A DNA stretch of 64,000 nt from Hyphomicrobiales bacterium (GTDB taxonomy: Bacteria; Eisenbacteria; RBG-16-71-46; SZUA-252), in contig JBLMXB010000028.1 of the NCBI GenBank assembly GCA_050257555.1, forward strand, positions 1,149 through 65,148, in the 5' to 3' direction. The notes beneath the pieces are model-generated. The model worked only from the letters and a program-made list of their open reading frames with translations, was not told the DNA's origin and did not search any database. Below are positions 60,612 through 64,000 of this stretch, piece after piece; the first letter of the stretch is position 1; the number at the start of each line of letters is the position of its first letter. Made by a program: the position numbers and the translations under genes.

Positions 60612-61546
60612 GGCGCCACCCCCGCGGCGCGTCCGGCGCCGGCCAGGAGGAGCCCCGCCCCCGCGCCGGCGGCGTAGAGCAGGAACGACCGGAGCGTCCA
60701 GACCTGTGCCGGCACGATCCGGCTCGTGGTCTCGGGGTCGGCGAGGAGGCGGCGCGCGGCCGCCGCGGCGTGCGGAAGCCCCGCGAGCCCGAAGAGGAGC
60801 CCGGAGGGCGCGCCGAAGGCGACGAGGAGCACGAGGCCTCCGTATGCCGCCGCCACGATCCAGCCGAAGACGCGGCTCGCCGCCCGGCGTCCGAGACGGA
60901 CCACGAGCGTCCGCTTTCCCGCTTCGCCGTCGGCGCGGCAGTCCGGGAATTCGTTGATCCAGAGGAAGGCCGCGATGAGGAGGCCGAGGGGGGCCGACGC
61001 CAGGAGCACGTCGCTCCCGACGCGGCCGCGCTGGACGAGGTACGTGCCGCACGCGATGACCGGGCCGTACACGACGGCCACGGCGAGCTCGCCCAGGCCG
61101 CGGTAGGAGAGACGGAGCGGCGACGCGTGATAGAACCACGCGAGCGCGACGCCCAGGAACCCGAACGCGAGCACGCGCGGCTCGCGGGCCAGCACGATCG
61201 CGAGGCCCGCGGCGATGCCGATCGCGTACGCCGTCGCCGCGATCGATGCCGTCTCGGCGCGGGTCAGGAGCCCGTCGACGAGGACCCGCTTGCCTCCGGA
61301 GAAGGGGCTGCGCTCCTCGGGCCGGACGTTCGCGTCCGCACCGCTCGCGAAGTCGACCAGCTCCCCCGAGGCGTTCTTCGCCGTCTCGATGGCGAAGATG
61401 CCGGCGATGGTGAGGAGGAGCCATCCGACGGCGAGCGGGCCGTCGCGCGCGGCGGCCGCCGCGCCGATCGTCATCGAGGCCGCGGACGCGAGCGTGATCT
61501 TCGGATCGGCCAGGCGATGGAGCCCACGCCACCAGTCGCCGCTCAT
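60608..61546 (-). CDS. UbiA-superfamily (MenA-like) membrane prenyltransferase
   Basis: 312 aa with about 8-9 TM helices. Asp-rich motif context AKNASGELVDFASGAD, then FSGGKRVL, and a second cytoplasmic-loop region WINEFPDCRADGEAGKRTLVVRLG, typical of the family. Confidence 0.7.
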   Translation of the reverse strand: MSGDWWRGLHRLADPKITLASAASMTIGAAAAARDGPLAVGWLLLTIAGIFAIETAKNASGELVDFASGADANVRPEERSPFSGGKRVLVDGLLTRAETASIAATAYAIGIAAGLAIVLAREPRVLAFGFLGVALAWFYHASPLRLSYRGLGELAVAVVYGPVIACGTYLVQRGRVGSDVLLASAPLGLLIAAFLWINEFPDCRADGEAGKRTLVVRLGRRAASRVFGWIVAAAYGGLVLLVAFGAPSGLLFGLAGLPHAAAAARRLLADPETTSRIVPAQVWTLRSFLLYAAGAGAGLLLAGAGRAAGVAP

Positions 61547-61706
61547 CGGTTCCCCCCGCGGGGATCGCCCCCGATCCCTCCTTGAGCGAACACCCGCCCC
61601 CCGTGCCGGTCAAGGGGAACCCGATCCACCCGGGCCGCGCTCCGGCGCATCGCGGGGGATTCCCGCGGCGCCTCGAGGGGTATATCGTGGAGGCAGGCAT
61701 TCCTCT

Positions 61707-61731
61707 CCGATCGGAACGACGCGCCGATCGG
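61707..61731. promoter_or_regulatory. Two copies of the 8-bp palindrome CCGATCGG, 17 nt centre to centre, upstream of the USP gene
   Basis: Copies at 61707..61714 and 61724..61731, read directly. They lie 42-66 nt upstream of ATG 61773. A TATATC hexamer lies about 25 nt further upstream. Confidence 0.3.
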
Positions 61732-61772
61732 ACGATTCCTCGGGCCGGCGGCGTCCGGCGAAAGGAGACGTC

Positions 61773-62207
61773 ATGAAGGTCCTCGTCGGAGTCGACGACT
61801 CGCCGTTCTCGGAGGCGGCGATCGAGTACGCGAAGCGCGCGGCCTGGCCGCAGGGGACGGAGTTCCTGGTGCTCTCCTCCAGCCCTCCGATCTGGGTGGG
61901 ACCGGGCGAGGCGGTCGCCGTGGGCCCGATCGCGCAGCTCAACCAGGAGCAGCAGGACTACCACCGGTCGATCGCCGAGAAGGCGTCGAAGTCGCTGACC
62001 GGCTCGGGCCTCGTGGCGAAGGCGATGACCGGACTCGGCGACCCGCGTTCGGCGATCGTCGACGCCGCGACCCGCGAGCGGGTCGATCTCGTGATCGTCG
62101 GATCGCACGGGCGGTCGGGATTCAAGAAGCTCCTGCTCGGGAGCGTCGCCTCGCACGTCGTGGCGCACGCACCGTGCAGCGTCCTCGTGGTGAAGCAGCC
62201 CGCCTGA
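61773..62207 (+). CDS. Universal stress protein (UspA family)
   Basis: Start ATG 61773, preceded by AAAGGAGA. Sequence MKVLVGVDDSPFSEAAIEYA...VDLVIVGSHGRSGFKKLLLGSVASHVVAHAPCSVLVV includes the ATP-binding G-2x-G-9x-G(S/T) motif. 144 aa. Confidence 0.88.
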   Translation: MKVLVGVDDSPFSEAAIEYAKRAAWPQGTEFLVLSSSPPIWVGPGEAVAVGPIAQLNQEQQDYHRSIAEKASKSLTGSGLVAKAMTGLGDPRSAIVDAATRERVDLVIVGSHGRSGFKKLLLGSVASHVVAHAPCSVLVVKQPA

Positions 62208-62216
62208 GCCGAGGCG

Positions 62217-62247
62217 CGTCCCCCGCGACGCCGCGTCGCGGGGGACG
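62217..62247. terminator. Strong GC hairpin between convergent USP and MFS genes
   Basis: CGTCCCCCGCGAC-gccgc-GTCGCGGGGGACG, a 13-bp perfect stem within the 52-nt gap. Confidence 0.5.
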
Positions 62248-62259
62248 TTCGCCGTGCGC

Positions 62260-63483
62260 TCAGCCGCCGCGCTCCTCCGGCGGCTTGACGCCCCGGAACG
62301 CGACGTAGAGGAGCACGTCGTACGCGATCTTCATCCCCGCGCCGATGACGAGGGGCGCGCCGAGCGACCCTCCCTGCATGAAGAGCCCCGCGAACGCCGG
62401 AGCCGCCGCCCACGACCCGAGCCGCACCAGGTGCGTGACGCCCGACGCCGGCGTCCGCTCCTCGGGCTTCACGACCGCCATGACGTACGACTGGCGCGTC
62501 GGGACGTCCATCTCCACCAGCGCCTCGCGCAGGAGGAAAAGGAGCGCGGCGACGCCGAACGAGGGCGCGAACGGCACCGCGAGCAGGAAGAGACTCGACG
62601 GGATGTGCGTGAAGACCATCGTGTTCACCAGGCCGATCCGCCGGGCGAGCCACGCCGCGCCGACGTGGGATGCGGCGTTCAGGAGCCGCGCGGCGAAGAA
62701 GAGGAGCCCGATCCCCGCCTCCCGCACGCCGAATCGCGCGTAGAAGAAATAGGAGAGGAGGGCCGTCGTGAGGAACCCGCCGCCCAGCCCGTCGAGCGCG
62801 AAGAGCGCGGAGATCCGCGTCACGATCCGGCGCGTCCCGGGCGAGAGCGTGAGTCGGCGGACCGGCGAGGCGAGCTCGATGCCGGGCGAGAGGCCGCGGT
62901 AGAGGATCGCGGTGACGAGGAGGAGTCCCGCGTAGACCAGGACCGCGAGACGCAGCGACTCGGGCCCCGAGGCGTGCGCGAGGCGGAAGGCGGCCGGCAG
63001 GCCCGCCGCCAGCGAGCCGAGCGCGTGGCCGGCGTCCTGCAGCACGTTGTAGTACGCGAAGACGGCCGTCCGCCGCTCGGGGGGCGCCGTCGCCGGGAGC
63101 ACGACCTGGTCGAGGATCATCGACGCCCCGCGGTCGCGTCCCATCCCGTTCAGCATCCCGAAGAACGCCGCGAGCCCGATCACGAGGAACCGGGAGGCGA
63201 GCGCGACCGCGACGCCGCCCAGGGCGCCGAGGATTCCGAGCACGATGAGCGCCCGGCGTCGCCCGAAGTGGTCGCCCCCGAGCGTGACGAGGAGCGCCGA
63301 AACGGCGGCACCCGCGAGGCCCGCCGTGATCACGGCCCCGATCCGCCCGGGATCGAAGCCCGATGCGGCCAGGTGGATCCCGATCAGGACGCCGATCATG
63401 CCGGTCGCGACGGCTCGGAGGAACGCCGCGGCGTACAGGATCGCGCGGTCGCGCGGCCGTACTTCCCGCTCGGGGCTCGTCAC
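62260..63483 (-). CDS. MFS transporter
   Basis: 407 aa with about 12 TM helices. MFS loop 2-3 motif: GGDHFGRRRALIV. Confidence 0.8.
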   Translation of the reverse strand: MTSPEREVRPRDRAILYAAAFLRAVATGMIGVLIGIHLAASGFDPGRIGAVITAGLAGAAVSALLVTLGGDHFGRRRALIVLGILGALGGVAVALASRFLVIGLAAFFGMLNGMGRDRGASMILDQVVLPATAPPERRTAVFAYYNVLQDAGHALGSLAAGLPAAFRLAHASGPESLRLAVLVYAGLLLVTAILYRGLSPGIELASPVRRLTLSPGTRRIVTRISALFALDGLGGGFLTTALLSYFFYARFGVREAGIGLLFFAARLLNAASHVGAAWLARRIGLVNTMVFTHIPSSLFLLAVPFAPSFGVAALLFLLREALVEMDVPTRQSYVMAVVKPEERTPASGVTHLVRLGSWAAAPAFAGLFMQGGSLGAPLVIGAGMKIAYDVLLYVAFRGVKPPEERGG

Positions 63484-63762
63484 GCGCGGAGACTACACCA
63501 AACGCCCGGACCGCACGTGCCGCGAGGCGGGCCCGAATTGGCAGGCCCCTGCCAGAACGGCAGGAGGTCGCGCGACGTGGGCGCCGGGCGGCGCGACGGC
63601 ATCGCGAGAACGCGCCGCGGAAGCCGAGCGCTTCGAATCGATTGCCGTGCCGCCCCGGCACGTCGCCAAGGGCGCCATGCGCGGCCCGCATCCTGCAACC
63701 GTTCCCGATGCGGTCGCCCGACCGCAGGGCGATACCGTCCACCTCCAACCGGGAGGCACGTC

Positions 63763-64000
63763 ATGACCGAGAGGAAGCGCGCGAAGGCATCGACCCCGAG
63801 CGCGCCGGCCCGAAAGGCCGCGCGTCGCCGCCGCAAGAGCACGAAGTCCGCGAAGTCCGCCACGATCACGCCCTACCGGGATCTCGAGATCCAGACGCGG
63901 CGCGTCGACCTCGATCCCGCCTGGCGGGCGCGGATCGAGGCGGAGATCGCCGGTGTCCTCGACCGGCATCCCCAGGTCCTCCGCACCCACGTGACGCTGA
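63763..64000 (+). CDS. Ribosome-associated HPF/RaiA-like protein with Lys/Arg-rich N-terminal extension (partial; runs off the right edge)
   Basis: My own translation; it is not in the track because no stop lies in the window. ATG 63763 is preceded by GGGAGG. Sequence: MTERKRAKASTPSAPARKAARRRRKSTKSAKSATITPYRDLEIQTRRVDLDPAWRARIEAEIAGVLDRHPQVLRTHVTL. The second half follows the HPF pattern (i.i..r.v.l....r..ie..l..l.r......hv.l). Confidence 0.45.
   Translation, partial: MTERKRAKASTPSAPARKAARRRRKSTKSAKSATITPYRDLEIQTRRVDLDPAWRARIEAEIAGVLDRHPQVLRTHVTL

Noticed and set aside
63539-63554. TGGCAGGCCCCTGCCA as a sigma-54 (-24/-12) promoter, near an HPF-like (sigma-54 modulation family) gene
   Set aside because: The GG and GC elements are spaced one nucleotide too close compared with TGGCAC-N5-TTGC. 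The element is also a plain palindrome (TGGCAGG/CCTGCCA), and it lies 210 nt from the HPF-like start. I do not call it.

Overview
Very GC-rich (roughly 70% by eye, not computed), gene-dense bacterial chromosomal segment. I call about 45 protein genes and 2 tRNAs. I found no rRNA, CRISPR array, transposase, integrase or phage gene. Because of the GC content, the six-frame track is full of long arginine/proline-rich shadow ORFs and false N-terminal extensions. I picked real genes by recognisable family motifs, signal peptides, RBS-like GGAGG boxes and stop/start coupling, and re-set many starts by reading the DNA.

Content, left to right:
- An envelope cluster: TonB-dependent receptor (partial), beta-barrel protein, GWxTD protein, and an LVIVD-repeat protein with a C-terminal sorting-type domain.
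- DedA, then tRNA-Gln(CUG) and tRNA-Glu(CUC).
- A double-length M16 peptidase, a GT4 glycosyltransferase and gltX.
- A giant C25 (gingipain-like) peptidase with FG-GAP repeats.
- tkt, an M48 lipoprotein peptidase, and a TVP38/DedA-like protein.
- acnA, translationally coupled to a P1B-4 (SPC/HEGST) metal ATPase.
- A Crp/Fnr regulator plus a cation/proton antiporter, divergent from a clade-II-type nitrous oxide reductase island: hemerythrin, cytochrome c, nosZ, nosB, nosD, nosF, nosL, an orphan 138-aa protein, nosY, nnrS, and a second cytochrome c.
- SRPBCC, MgtC/DUF4010 and DUF218 genes.
- A 2499-aa S8 subtilase carrying four tandem repeats of about 435 aa.
- Patatin, an AlkA-like glycosylase, carB and carA, and a CBS protein plus an exported MsrB.
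- An rtcB operon preceded by a phosphoribosyltransferase-archease fusion and a UbiA-family prenyltransferase.
- USP, an MFS transporter, and a partial HPF-like gene at the right edge.

The lineage cannot be assigned from this window. The gene content (FlgD-Ig/T9SS-like C-terminal tails, GWxTD, Sec-type lipoprotein NosZ) suggests an uncultivated FCB-group, Gemmatimonadota-like or Eisenbacteria-like organism; this is inference only.

Most interesting candidates:
- The UbiA / PRTase-archease / RtcB unit.
- The non-canonical nos island, with its orphan coupled gene and FNR-like palindromes.
- The modular giant S8 protease and the shared C-terminal tag on three large exoproteins.
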